From a virus (lineage: Duplodnaviria > Caudoviricetes), in IMG/VR virus record IMGVR_UViG_3300033555_000010, positions 1-41,958 of that record: a DNA stretch of 41,958 nt, one strand, 5' to 3'. Made by a program: the position numbers and the translations under genes. This document shows, piece by piece, positions 1 through 9,555 of this stretch. Under the pieces are notes generated by a model. The model did not search any database, was not told where the DNA came from, and saw only the letters and a program-made list of their open reading frames with translations. Position 1 is the first letter of the stretch. Each line of letters starts with the position of its first letter.

Positions 1-300
1 AGCTACGTGAGCGGTCAGCAGTGTCACGCCGCCCATTGAAACGGTTGTCGCGCCGGTAGTGCCTATGGTCAGCACATCACCGGCCTTAACCGCGATGTCG
101 CCATAGGCACAGCCGCCGCCGCCGCCGCTGGCGACATTGGCGTTAGCGCCACCGCCAGAGCCGAAGGCGTAAACCCTGGCGCTGGTAACACCTATCGGAA
201 TAGTGTGCGTTGTGGCGCTGGTAATGAAGGCCTTACGGACAACCGGCGGCTTTTGTAACTGGCTGATCTTGGGTGCGAGGAAAAAGCTTAGAGTGCTCAT
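1..300 (-). CDS. Glycine-rich tail/fibre-associated protein (partial, runs off window start)
   Basis: Translated by hand: MSTLSFFLAPK...VYAFGSGGGANANVASGGGGGCAY..., open to base 1; AAGGA RBS upstream. Confidence 0.7.
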   Translation of the reverse strand, partial: MSTLSFFLAPKISQLQKPPVVRKAFITSATTHTIPIGVTSARVYAFGSGGGANANVASGGGGGCAYGDIAVKAGDVLTIGTTGATTVSMGGVTLLTAHVA

Positions 301-312
301 GTGTGGTTATCC

Positions 313-501
313 TTAACTGCCAGCGTATTGATCGGGCTGTGTCGTCGCGCCGCTCGGTATGTCGTGGCTATCTGCGGACGCATCAAACGCCGTTTGCTGG
401 AGCTTTTGCAAGCCCTCAGTAACGTCGCGGTGCTGGTATTGCAATACCTGCATTTGCGACTCAATCAGGCGCAGTTTTAATTGTTCAGTTTCTATGTTCA
501 T
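313..501 (-). CDS. Small coiled-coil protein downstream of tail fibre (possible fibre chaperone)
   Basis: 62 aa ORF in operon, heptad-like N-terminus. Confidence 0.5.
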   Translation of the reverse strand: MNIETEQLKLRLIESQMQVLQYQHRDVTEGLQKLQQTAFDASADSHDIPSGATTQPDQYAGS

Positions 502-507
502 AAAACC

Positions 508-2706
508 TTATGCGTTGTAAAAAGGGATTTTTCCGGTTACGCCAGCAACATTGATGATGATGTAACCGGATGGTGTGGCTGGGAGTGCTCCCGCTGCACC
601 AGAAGTGGCGGTAGTCGCCAGCGTTGCGCCGTATGAAATTTGAGCAGCGCCTACTACTGGAGCGCCAGCAGTCGCAATATGCGCTTGGGCTATGGTCAGG
701 CCGCCTGCTGATATGTTTGCACCACCCGACGTTGAGATATTGCCCTGCGATGTTATGGTCCCCACCGTTGACAAATTTGCTTGTGTAGATATATTCCCTT
801 GCGCTGTTATGGCTCCCGCCGTTTCCAACTTTCCTTGTGCAAATATATTTCCTGAAGCGTCAATACTGGATAAAACAACAGAATTTGCAGCATTGACAAC
901 TTGCAATAAAAGTCCGGTCGGTGCTGTGTCTGTGTTTCTTTGCAGAAATATTCCGGCTTGTCCGTTTTGTAATTGGCGTATGCCTATCGAGGCAGCTTGC
1001 GCGAGCGGTGTTACGCCCACCCTGATAGCTTGTTTGTTAATAACAGCAGCGCCTAAATCAAGCCCAAAATCCACATCAATATTGGCGTTAGCTTTTATTA
1101 AAGTTGACCCAGCCTGACCGCCAACATTATCAAACCACACGCCATGTTTCCAGCGATTAGCCAGCAGGCTTGAGTAACATGCAAACGCAGCACTTGGGGC
1201 ATGAGGCCCACCAGACACCATATCAATACCTAGCGCATGATTAACCGTTCGTGGGTTTGGTGCGTTCCCTGTTGCAACATTAATATTCCCCTCCATACAC
1301 CAAGCCGTCGCCGGGGAGCCTGCCGGTACATCCGTAATCGGATTGATTGCCCAAACTCTTTGACGCACAGCAGAACTTGAGATGTAAGGGTAAATAGTCA
1401 CAAAATCGCCAGCCCCAGGATTTAACAGCCAGCCTCCTTCTGTGCCGTTGCAGATTCCGACTTTTAAACCCGCCGACTCACCCGCAGCCGTTAATGTGGT
1501 TCTGTCATTACGCATACTTTGCTTGATGGCCATTCCGGCGATAGTCCCTACATTTCCTTGCGCATCAGTAAATCCAACCAACCCACCGCCCGTGCCTGCC
1601 GCAAGGTCAACCCCGGCAACACCTTGAATCACGCGAAACTTTGCGGTTTCAAATGTGCCGCTTGTGGTAAACGGCAGGTCTACCAGTGCAGGCGCGTACA
1701 CCACACCCGTTTGACTTACCGTCTGCGTTGCGCGCGTCAGGCTAATACCCGCCGTGTACGCGATAGGCACTTCATAGCCCCGGCTAATACGGGCGGCGGC
1801 TTCAACGCTTTCACGCGAGGCGCGGGCCGTGACCTCTGTGCTATTGCGTAAAGCCAAAGCTGTGGCTTCTTCAGAATTACGCACGGCGATAGCCGTAGCC
1901 CCTGCCGAGTCGCTGATTGCAAGCCCTGAACCTTCCATTTTGAAGCGCCATGCGTTTTCCGCATAAGCCAGCGTCAAAGTTGAGTTAGGCGAATCAAACA
2001 CCAAGTCTTCCAGCAAGATTGAGCCGTCATTATTGACAAGCAAACCCTTGCCGTTGCGCAAAACGAGATTGTCTACACGCCCGTTAGCGAAAGTGATTTC
2101 TACCTCATCGCCGGATACGGGTGATGCCGGAAGCGTCAGCGACGTTAAGGCTGGGTTAGTCATTACGTAATGACTTCCTGCCGATGCGGTTTGCGCCGTT
2201 GTCGTCACCAGCACTACCGGGCGGTTAGCGGTGATAAGCCGCCAGCGCGAAGTGTCGTTAATCGGGTCAGTCGTGCTAACGCCAGTGGAAAGCGACAAGT
2301 AAGCCCTGCCACTAATCAAGCTAATGGCGCGCTGCCCGGTTGCGTAGTTTGTACCCGTCACCCAACCAGGTAATGCAGCGGATTGCGCTGAGGTTTGCGC
2401 ACTTAAAGCAGCGGCGTTTTTTTCTGCCGTGGCTAGCGTCACCTGGTTCGTTGCAAGCGTCACCTGACCGGCAGCATCAATGACTTTTTGCGCGGCTTCT
2501 GCGGCTTTGTTGACCGCTGTAGTCGCTGATGTAGCCGCATCACTTGCATTAGCCGATACGTTTGCAAGCGCAAGCCGTAATTGCGGTATTTGCACATTTT
2601 TGGTGAAGTCATCCAGCGCAATAGCGCGTGCGGAAAATGTCGCCCGGTCTGATCGATCGGGGCTTAGTCCGGGGTCGTTAAGCGTCGGTGGTGCAATAAC
2701 TGGCAT
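508..2706 (-). CDS. Tail fibre / receptor-binding protein (mosaic)
   Basis: 732 aa; Ala/Thr coiled N-terminus, short W-x4-Y-x2-G CBM-like module, GxITxQGNIST repeats, C-terminal GYIIINVAGVTGKIPFY; position after tail-tip gene. Confidence 0.8.
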   Translation of the reverse strand: MPVIAPPTLNDPGLSPDRSDRATFSARAIALDDFTKNVQIPQLRLALANVSANASDAATSATTAVNKAAEAAQKVIDAAGQVTLATNQVTLATAEKNAAALSAQTSAQSAALPGWVTGTNYATGQRAISLISGRAYLSLSTGVSTTDPINDTSRWRLITANRPVVLVTTTAQTASAGSHYVMTNPALTSLTLPASPVSGDEVEITFANGRVDNLVLRNGKGLLVNNDGSILLEDLVFDSPNSTLTLAYAENAWRFKMEGSGLAISDSAGATAIAVRNSEEATALALRNSTEVTARASRESVEAAARISRGYEVPIAYTAGISLTRATQTVSQTGVVYAPALVDLPFTTSGTFETAKFRVIQGVAGVDLAAGTGGGLVGFTDAQGNVGTIAGMAIKQSMRNDRTTLTAAGESAGLKVGICNGTEGGWLLNPGAGDFVTIYPYISSSAVRQRVWAINPITDVPAGSPATAWCMEGNINVATGNAPNPRTVNHALGIDMVSGGPHAPSAAFACYSSLLANRWKHGVWFDNVGGQAGSTLIKANANIDVDFGLDLGAAVINKQAIRVGVTPLAQAASIGIRQLQNGQAGIFLQRNTDTAPTGLLLQVVNAANSVVLSSIDASGNIFAQGKLETAGAITAQGNISTQANLSTVGTITSQGNISTSGGANISAGGLTIAQAHIATAGAPVVGAAQISYGATLATTATSGAAGALPATPSGYIIINVAGVTGKIPFYNA

Positions 2707-3629
2707 TAAATAAGCCCCTTAATATTGATAGTGATGGTTGAATGGTTTGGACCTTCGTAGGTCACATCGCCCGAGGCAAGACCGAAAACGCTTAGGCCCT
2801 CGTAACCTGCTGCGTCGGTAGCAATCCAGACGGCAGGGATGTCGAGCACCGACTGAATCGTGAGTAAGGCCGAGTCAGCGTCAAGGCGAGGCACAACGGC
2901 ACGGATGTCCATATCCGTTGCCTTGGAACGCTTAATAATCTTTGTCGTGCCGAATGCGTCGGTTGTGATGTAGCTGTAGGTGACGGGCTTGGCTTTAGCG
3001 CCCGCCAGCGCGCCCGATCCCTCAACCAGCGTTAGGCCGCGAAGGTCGCCTATAGCAACCATGCCAAGTTTTACGGGTATGCCTGTACCGGCTGAAACGG
3101 TGATCGTTAACTCCGGGTCAGCTTGCGGCAGAATGCCTTTTAGCAGGGCCTTTGTTGACAGCCGAATTGCGCCGAAGTAGTAGTCGTAGTAATCAATCGG
3201 CAGCTCTATAAGGTCGATAGTCCGGCTAAAGAAAACAGTCCCTCCCGGCGCGTCTTTAACGCTGACGCTAACCGTAGCGCCCTCTAAACCGTAAAGCCCA
3301 ATAGCATTGAAAAAGCCCGGCCTAAGCACATAAGACAGCGTAGTTACGGCGCTGCTTTGCGTGCTGACAAACGTATCAAACGCCGCATACCGGCTGGTTG
3401 GTCCAACGTCAAGCCAGCGCGTCGGGCTGTTTTCCGGCAACGTTGCGTTTACGCCTGCGATCAGGCTTTCGTAAATGCGGTGCGTTTCCAGCCGGATAAC
3501 CTGCTGCCCTACGGTGTAGCTTGTAGCCGCCACCCAAACCGTTTCACCCGTTGCGGGTTCCGCAATCGTGCTGCTGGTCAGCATCGCTGTGGTGACGGTC
3601 AGCGGCACTAAAACAAATGGCCCGCTCAT
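2706..3629 (-). CDS. Tail tip/distal tail protein with N-terminal CBM5/12-like module
   Basis: 307 aa directly after TMP (ATGA overlap); WVAATSYTVGQQV...HRIYESL motif. Confidence 0.6.
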   Translation of the reverse strand: MSGPFVLVPLTVTTAMLTSSTIAEPATGETVWVAATSYTVGQQVIRLETHRIYESLIAGVNATLPENSPTRWLDVGPTSRYAAFDTFVSTQSSAVTTLSYVLRPGFFNAIGLYGLEGATVSVSVKDAPGGTVFFSRTIDLIELPIDYYDYYFGAIRLSTKALLKGILPQADPELTITVSAGTGIPVKLGMVAIGDLRGLTLVEGSGALAGAKAKPVTYSYITTDAFGTTKIIKRSKATDMDIRAVVPRLDADSALLTIQSVLDIPAVWIATDAAGYEGLSVFGLASGDVTYEGPNHSTITINIKGLI

Positions 3630-6600
3630 TTCGCAATCTCCACCAGCAATGGCCTTTGCTGCTGGCCTTGCAGCATCTTGGCTGATGTACTGGTCGATTC
3701 ATTGCCGCGCTCTTGTGCTTCAACCATAAGGTCCATCTTGTTTTGTAGCTCCATCAAAGAGGCAAGCAATTGCTGGTTGCTGCTGTTTGCCGCTGTGATG
3801 TATGGCTCTGGTGCTGTCACCTCGCTCGCGCGTGGGGCTACGCTTGTGCCTGGTGCCTCAATTGGCACTTTCAAGCCAAACTGCGCAGCCATTTGCCCGG
3901 CGGTTTCTTCCAGGCTTCCGGCTGTCTGACCTCTGATGCGATTTAGATCGACTAGCGAAGTGGCTTGCGCCTCGGCTATCGTCAACAAGGTCTGGCTCAG
4001 TGTCGGCAATAGCTTTGCAGCGTCCTGATCGCCTGCACGGGCTAGCACCGTATTCAAAGCAAAGCGGGCTTGTGCTTGAATCAATGACTGCTGGCTGTCG
4101 CCGCTGATAAGTCCGCGTATACGGTTGACCTCATCAAACAACGTGTCTGCAAGCGATTGCATGGCACTACGTAAGGCGCTAGCCGCCTGCGCTGTTTGCT
4201 CTGCCGCTTGTGTGGCCGCTTGCGCCGCTGATGCCTGCGCTGCTTGCGCCGTCTGTAAATCTGCGATCTCTTTACGCAATGCGTTGTTGCCGTCAAATTG
4301 CGCCGTGACGGTTTTTGCGTCCTCTGGTGTCAAGCCTTTAATAAGCTGTGCAATGTCACGATCCCGCAGCATCGAATCAGCCGCGCCGGTATTGCCTTGC
4401 AATGTCAGCAATTGCGCTTGCAGGTCGATACGGGTGTTTGATAAGCCGCCCATTGCGCTGCTGAATGCCGCCGTAGCTGCCGCCGCTTCTTTTGCTGCCT
4501 GCACCTGGTCGAATAGGGCGCGGTTGCTTTCATTCAAGGCGTTACGCTGGCGCTCCAAGGCTTCCGCTGCGGTATCGGTCAATGCGTTTAACTGGTCTTG
4601 TAAACCTGTTCGCTCTTGCGTGGTGATTGCAGCCTTTTTTAGCGCCTCTACTTGATCGAATAGTGCGCGGTTGCTTTCGTCCAGCGCGCCGCGTTGCCGC
4701 TCCAATGCCTGCGTGGATGTATCGGTCAGTGCGTTGAGTTGATCTTGCAGGCCGGTACGCTCTTGCGTAACCTTTTCAATACGCTGCGTTTCCGTATCCG
4801 CCGCGAGCTTGGCAGCCTCTGCGATAGTCCTTAAAAACACCGCCTGTTCACGCAATGATTCGTTGTAATCAAAGGCCGCAACCTCATCGCCGGTAAAGCC
4901 CTTTGTGGCAATAGCCCGCCGTGCCAGGGCCGCGCCGCTTGCATTACCCTGGGCGTCCAGGATGTCGGCCTCAAGCCCTGCACGGTCAGACAGCAAGCCT
5001 TTCAGCGTGTCGCTCATAACTGCTACCGCACCGGCTGCTGCTTCAATGGCAGGCGTAAGGCTGGCGAATGCGTCCTGTACCGATAGCAAGGCGGCGGCGT
5101 TCTTCTGCCCGCTTTCGGTTGTCAGGTCAAGCGCCTCAAAAATGGCGCGGAAATCGGCGCGGGTAGCGGTTGCGGCATCCAGACCCGCGCCCTCAGTCGC
5201 TTTGTTTATCTCTTTAATCTTTTGCTGGCGCTGCTCGGCCTCGCTGTAGAAATTCTGGAAAAAGCCGGTCAGGTTGCCGGTAAATTGCTCTACACCGCCG
5301 GATAAATCAACCAGCGCGGCGCGCGCGTCGAATGAAAGGCCAATGAGGTTTTTGAATGGCAGCGCCGACAATTGCGCATCAAGTAATCGGATGCTGCCTG
5401 CGTACTCAATGATCTGTGTGGTTGCTGCCTGTATCTGATCTGCCGATAAATCAGCCGGTATCAAGCCGTTAAGTTTTTTGGCAATCGAGGCGGGAAGCTC
5501 AGAGGCTTTCAGCGCCGCAAGTACCGCACGCGAGGCGGCGGTTGCAAAGGTCGCATCATCCAGCGCGACCTCCCCCGAATCAAACCCGGCACTACCTAAG
5601 CGGAACTTGGGGTTTTTGTTGTCGTTGCCGCTGTAGCTTCCGAAGTCAAAGCCCGCGCCACCTTTGCCGCCTAACGCTTGCTGGATTGTTTTGAATGTGG
5701 CAAACAAACCATCAACCACCTCGGCCCCATTGCCGATGGCGAAATTGCTTTGCGAGGATGTCACATTGCCGTCAGCATCAAATGTGCGATTCAATGAGCC
5801 GGTTGATTTGCTGGCCGTACCTTTTTTCTTAAACAGCGCTATGCCCAGCGCAATTGCTGCAATGGCAATCCCTACCGGCCCGGCGACTGCCGCCAGCGTT
5901 GCGCCTAGGGACGCGGCAGAGCCAGCCGCAGCCGTCACGCCAGCGGTGATGGTTGCGCCGCCCGCTGCTGCTGCCGCCGTAGCCGCCGCCGCCGCCGAGC
6001 CAGCGCCAAGCCCTAGAGAGCCAGCAAGGGCCGCATTACCCGCTATAACACCGGCACTAGATAGCGCGCTAACGGTTGTACCAACAACGCTTGAAACAAG
6101 AGTGCCTAAGCCTCCCCCTGTAGCTGCTGTAAACAGGCTTGATGCGCTGCTTGCAACATTGCTGATGCCGCTGAGTGAGCTTGCCAAGCCACCACCGCCG
6201 CCTGTTGCTGCACCGGCAAGGCTTGACGCGCCGCCGGTAACGCTTGCGATAACGCCTTGTATCGTTGGGCGCAATACAAGGTTCTTAAACATATTGACAA
6301 CGGTGTCGCGTAGGCTCTTAGCGAAGCCTTTGCCTGATTCAAAGCCGCTTAATAATGCGTCTGTCAGGTTGTCTTTAACGCTCTTGTAAAGGTCTGTGAA
6401 GGCTTCGCGCTGCTCTTTGATGCCCGTCAGCGTTGCTAGTTTTTGGCGCTCTGCAATTTCCCGCGCAATAGCGTTTGCGCCTTCGGAGCCATCCACAAAG
6501 CCCGCCTGCTTTTCACGTAATCGCGCAATAGTGACTTGCTCTATAGCGGCTGAAAGCGTGATGTTTTGCGACGCCGAAATCCTTACGGCTTCTTCTTCGT

Positions 6601-8410
6601 CAGTTAGCGCGCGGATTCTGTCCTTGACACCCGCAAGGCTCTGCGTAGAAGCCGCGTCAATCGCCTGCAAAGCAACGGCTGATTGCGTGTAATCCGTATT
6701 CCTGAAAGCTTGGCGCGCTTTAGCCACTTCCTCGGCCAGCTTGATTTCTGATTTTTCAACAGCAAGCAGCAATTCTTTAGAACGCAACTCTTTCAGGTTG
6801 CCTTCAATCGCCGCGCGCTGCGATGCGCTGACCTTGCTTTTTGCGCTGTTGAGTAGTTCAAGGATTTTTACCTGCTCTTTTTCCGCGTCGGTTAACTGTC
6901 GGCCTGCTTTTAACTCCAGATCAGTTAGCGCAATGCGTTGTTTAATACTGAGTATTAACTGCTGATATTGGCTATCTGCGGCCTTGGCAGCAGCCGCGCC
7001 AGCGTCCGCGCCTGCGCTTGATGCCGCTTTGACGATAGGGGCGGTGGTCAGCGTCGAACCAATCAGTCGCGGGTCAGCAGCCGTGCCGCGCCCAGCCCCT
7101 GCCTTGCTGTTTAGTACACCGGCATTTAATAGATTAAATTGGAATTTATCTAGCTCTACTTTTGCCCTCACGCCATCTTCTTTCACAGCTTCGCTGATGG
7201 CGCGAAAGCCTTTAATATCAAGCTTCCCAAGCGATACGATTTGCGCGCCAACAGCGCCGAACTCGCGGCCTACGCCCTGCAGTACAAATGCAACATCAGA
7301 GTACAAAATAACAGCCGCCTCGATGACTGTTTTGACAAACCCGCCGATGTTTTTAGCAAAGCTGCTGCTGCCGTCTTTTGCCGCCAGAAACGACTCTGCC
7401 AGGTTGTTGAGCGTTGGCAGTAATTGCCCCGTAATCGCTATGCGCGCGCCCTCTGCCGATGCGCTGATGCGCGTCAGGTTGTCGTTAAATGCTTCGGCGT
7501 TTTTAGCAAGGTCATCACCAAAGACAACGCCTAATTGATTAGCCTCTGCCGCCATGCTGTTTAAACCGGAAGCGCCGGAATTAAGCAGCGGTATAAGGTC
7601 CGCGCCCTGCTTGCCGAATAGCTCAATCGCTAGCGCCGCTTTTTCTGGCCCGTCCGAGAAGCCTGCGAATTTTTCAGCGATCTCTTTTAAGGTTGCGTCA
7701 GCGCCTTTAAGGTTGCCGTCCAGCCCTTTGACGTTTACCCCGATAGCCGCGAAAGCTGCCGATTGCTCTTTACTTCCTTTTGCCGCTTCAGCCATGTTTT
7801 GCGATAGCTTGCGCAGCCCTGTACCAAGCGCCTCGGTACTGACATCGCTCAGTGATGCGGCGTAATTCAATTCGCGCAGCGTTGTAACGGCGACACCGCT
7901 TTTTTGGCTGAGTTTGGTAAAAGCATCGCCCGCATCAATGGCGCTTTTGACATACGCAACCAAACCGCCCACGGACACGACAGCGCCCAACGTCCCCAGG
8001 AAACCCACGACATTACGCACGCTTGACGCAAGCTCTGTATTAGCCGTGGTTGCCGCTATTGTTTTAGCCTTTGCCGCATCTAGCTGGTCAAGGTAAGGCT
8101 TCAGCACACCGGCAGGCACGCCGCGCTGGTTAGCTAACGCCCGGTAATAGTCAGCGCCTGACTTTGCTCCCGCCTCGGTAGCCGCGATCTGCCGCTGTAT
8201 TGAGCCAATAAGGTTTTTGGTCGAGTCTTCAACCTTTTTGGCTGCAACCTTACCGCCATCGCCTGATTTACTCAGCGCGTTACTTGCAGCCGCGCCAGCC
8301 TCAACAACCGCGCCGCGAAAAGACGCGATTGACCTTTTGCCGGGATTTAGTCCAGTTTCAACGCCTGACGAATCCGCGCTGATGTCAATAAGTGCTGATA
8401 GATCGGACAT
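3626..8410 (-). CDS. Tail tape measure protein
   Basis: ~1594 aa Ala-rich helical protein after chaperones; LSQKSGV..LRELNYAA..ELFGKQG motifs; likely start MSDLSALID at 8410. Confidence 0.92.
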   Translation of the reverse strand: MSDLSALIDISADSSGVETGLNPGKRSIASFRGAVVEAGAAASNALSKSGDGGKVAAKKVEDSTKNLIGSIQRQIAATEAGAKSGADYYRALANQRGVPAGVLKPYLDQLDAAKAKTIAATTANTELASSVRNVVGFLGTLGAVVSVGGLVAYVKSAIDAGDAFTKLSQKSGVAVTTLRELNYAASLSDVSTEALGTGLRKLSQNMAEAAKGSKEQSAAFAAIGVNVKGLDGNLKGADATLKEIAEKFAGFSDGPEKAALAIELFGKQGADLIPLLNSGASGLNSMAAEANQLGVVFGDDLAKNAEAFNDNLTRISASAEGARIAITGQLLPTLNNLAESFLAAKDGSSSFAKNIGGFVKTVIEAAVILYSDVAFVLQGVGREFGAVGAQIVSLGKLDIKGFRAISEAVKEDGVRAKVELDKFQFNLLNAGVLNSKAGAGRGTAADPRLIGSTLTTAPIVKAASSAGADAGAAAAKAADSQYQQLILSIKQRIALTDLELKAGRQLTDAEKEQVKILELLNSAKSKVSASQRAAIEGNLKELRSKELLLAVEKSEIKLAEEVAKARQAFRNTDYTQSAVALQAIDAASTQSLAGVKDRIRALTDEEEAVRISASQNITLSAAIEQVTIARLREKQAGFVDGSEGANAIAREIAERQKLATLTGIKEQREAFTDLYKSVKDNLTDALLSGFESGKGFAKSLRDTVVNMFKNLVLRPTIQGVIASVTGGASSLAGAATGGGGGLASSLSGISNVASSASSLFTAATGGGLGTLVSSVVGTTVSALSSAGVIAGNAALAGSLGLGAGSAAAAATAAAAAGGATITAGVTAAAGSAASLGATLAAVAGPVGIAIAAIALGIALFKKKGTASKSTGSLNRTFDADGNVTSSQSNFAIGNGAEVVDGLFATFKTIQQALGGKGGAGFDFGSYSGNDNKNPKFRLGSAGFDSGEVALDDATFATAASRAVLAALKASELPASIAKKLNGLIPADLSADQIQAATTQIIEYAGSIRLLDAQLSALPFKNLIGLSFDARAALVDLSGGVEQFTGNLTGFFQNFYSEAEQRQQKIKEINKATEGAGLDAATATRADFRAIFEALDLTTESGQKNAAALLSVQDAFASLTPAIEAAAGAVAVMSDTLKGLLSDRAGLEADILDAQGNASGAALARRAIATKGFTGDEVAAFDYNESLREQAVFLRTIAEAAKLAADTETQRIEKVTQERTGLQDQLNALTDTSTQALERQRGALDESNRALFDQVEALKKAAITTQERTGLQDQLNALTDTAAEALERQRNALNESNRALFDQVQAAKEAAAATAAFSSAMGGLSNTRIDLQAQLLTLQGNTGAADSMLRDRDIAQLIKGLTPEDAKTVTAQFDGNNALRKEIADLQTAQAAQASAAQAATQAAEQTAQAASALRSAMQSLADTLFDEVNRIRGLISGDSQQSLIQAQARFALNTVLARAGDQDAAKLLPTLSQTLLTIAEAQATSLVDLNRIRGQTAGSLEETAGQMAAQFGLKVPIEAPGTSVAPRASEVTAPEPYITAANSSNQQLLASLMELQNKMDLMVEAQERGNESTSTSAKMLQGQQQRPLLVEIAK
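4490..4775 (-). repeat. Tandem 49-aa (147-nt) duplication in TMP C-terminal region
   Basis: TQERTGLQDQLNALTDT..ALERQR.AL.ESNRALFDQV occurs twice, 147 nt apart. Confidence 0.9.
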
Positions 8411-8420
8411 TGGGCCTTTG

Positions 8421-8454
8421 AAAAGAAAAAGGCCCACGGATTAGCGTGAGCCTT
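8421..8454 (-). terminator. Intrinsic terminator upstream of TMP
   Basis: AAGGCTCACG-CTAATC-CGTGGGCCTT then TTTCTTTT on minus strand. Confidence 0.7.
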
Positions 8455-8482
8455 AAAAAAGAAAACCCGCACTAAGCGGGTT
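8455..8482 (-). terminator. Intrinsic terminator of small membrane-protein moron
   Basis: AACCCGC-TTAGT-GCGGGTT then TTCTTTTTT. Confidence 0.8.
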
Positions 8483-8501
8483 GTTTGGGCGTGTAGACGA
8501 T

Positions 8502-8678
8502 CTACTCTTTCGTCATCCACTCATAAATCCGAGCGCCTATAACAAGCAGCCCGCCAGCCATAAAACTCCACGTCATCATTTGCGGGTCGCCTTTGGTGGA
8601 GCAGGACGCGATGCCAAAAACCAGAAACCCGCAGCCCAGCACCTGTAAACCCCGCGAGACTTTTAACGACTTTCGCAT
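8502..8678 (-). CDS. Small 2-TM membrane protein moron (58 aa; not in ORF track)
   Basis: MRKSLKVSRGLQVLGCGFLVFGIASCSTKGDPQMMTWSFMAGGLLVIGARIYEWMTKE; AAGGAG RBS; own terminator. Confidence 0.75.
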   Translation of the reverse strand: MRKSLKVSRGLQVLGCGFLVFGIASCSTKGDPQMMTWSFMAGGLLVIGARIYEWMTKE

Positions 8679-8758
8679 TTTTGGCTCCTTTAAAAGAAAG
8701 CCAAATAGTAACTAAATAGTGCGGGCCGTTGTGCGTTTTCGTTTTGCCGTAATCTCTA

Positions 8759-9073
8759 TTAGTCTTTTTGGTTCATTGCATTTAGGGCGGCGTTCTCAAG
8801 CGTGCGGATGTCCTCTAGCAGCAAGTCCCATTCATCAGGGTCAAGCTGCAAGCGGTCAATCAAGGGATAAACGGCGGCGTAATCTAGGCCCGTAGGCCCA
8901 GCCATTCCGCTACGCCATTGCGTCCCTAGCCTGCAAAAAAGGTGAACGGCAGCGGCGTTTTCAGGCCAGTAAATCACCGGCCCACTGTCGTAGTCCGAAG
9001 CGGTAAAGCCGAAGGCGTTTAACTCCGCTTCCTCGGCCTGTTTTTCGTAGAGGGCGCAGGCAACCTCGGCTAG
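8759..9073 (-). CDS. Tail assembly chaperone C-terminal (gpT-like, DUF1799-like) frame reached by -1 frameshift
   Basis: Frame open from the slippery site: LAEVACALYEKQ...VIYWPENAAAV...TQWRSGMAGPTGLDY. Confidence 0.85.
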   Translation of the reverse strand, partial: LAEVACALYEKQAEEAELNAFGFTASDYDSGPVIYWPENAAAVHLFCRLGTQWRSGMAGPTGLDYAAVYPLIDRLQLDPDEWDLLLEDIRTLENAALNAMNQKD

Positions 9074-9456
9074 TTTTTTGCCTTGCCTTCTGTCACCGCC
9101 TCGCGGTAGGCTTTGGTGATAGCAGCGCCAGCGGCAGGAAACTCGTTGATAAGCGCCTGGACGTTTGCTTCGGTAAAGTCATCATCCAAGTCCCACCCGG
9201 TAGCGCAGCCCATGATGTAGCGCACTTCGTCGGCTTGGGTTTTGGCGGCGTTTTCAACAATGTCAAAACCAGCCTCTACTTGCTCGGCGGGCGGGTTCTT
9301 GATGCCTGGATAAATCTGGTCGATAAACTCCGCAAACTGCGTCCGGTCGCGGTTGCGGTAGTTCATCGTTATGTCGCCTTTGCCGCCTTGCAGCAGGGGG
9401 AATGAAACTTTGTGCGTGAATGATTTGGGGGCTGTTCCGAGCTTTATTTTTGCCAT
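9070..9456 (-). CDS. Tail assembly chaperone (gpG-like)
   Basis: MAKIKLGTAPKSF...GWDLDDDFTEANV...GKAKN; between tail tube and TMP. Confidence 0.85.
   Translation of the reverse strand: MAKIKLGTAPKSFTHKVSFPLLQGGKGDITMNYRNRDRTQFAEFIDQIYPGIKNPPAEQVEAGFDIVENAAKTQADEVRYIMGCATGWDLDDDFTEANVQALINEFPAAGAAITKAYREAVTEGKAKN
9073..9079 (-). other. Programmed -1 ribosomal frameshift heptamer A AAA AAC
   Basis: GCA AAA AAC TAG at chaperone end; -1 frame joins the downstream ORF. Confidence 0.85.
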
Positions 9457-9510
9457 GATTTTCTTTATTGAGGTTGAAAAAGCCCGTGATAGGGAATGAC
9501 CCAAGGGCGT

Positions 9511-9545
9511 AAATAAGCCCGCCGAGATTGCTCAGGGCGGGCTTA
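9511..9545 (-). terminator. Hairpin/weak terminator after major tail protein
   Basis: TAAGCCCGCC...GGCGGGCTTA-TTT. Confidence 0.6.
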
Positions 9546-9555
9546 GGGCAACTGC

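Noticed and set aside
1-2706. Diversity-generating retroelement or invertible tail-fibre switch
   Set aside because: No reverse transcriptase, invertase, or duplicated template/variable repeat seen in the window
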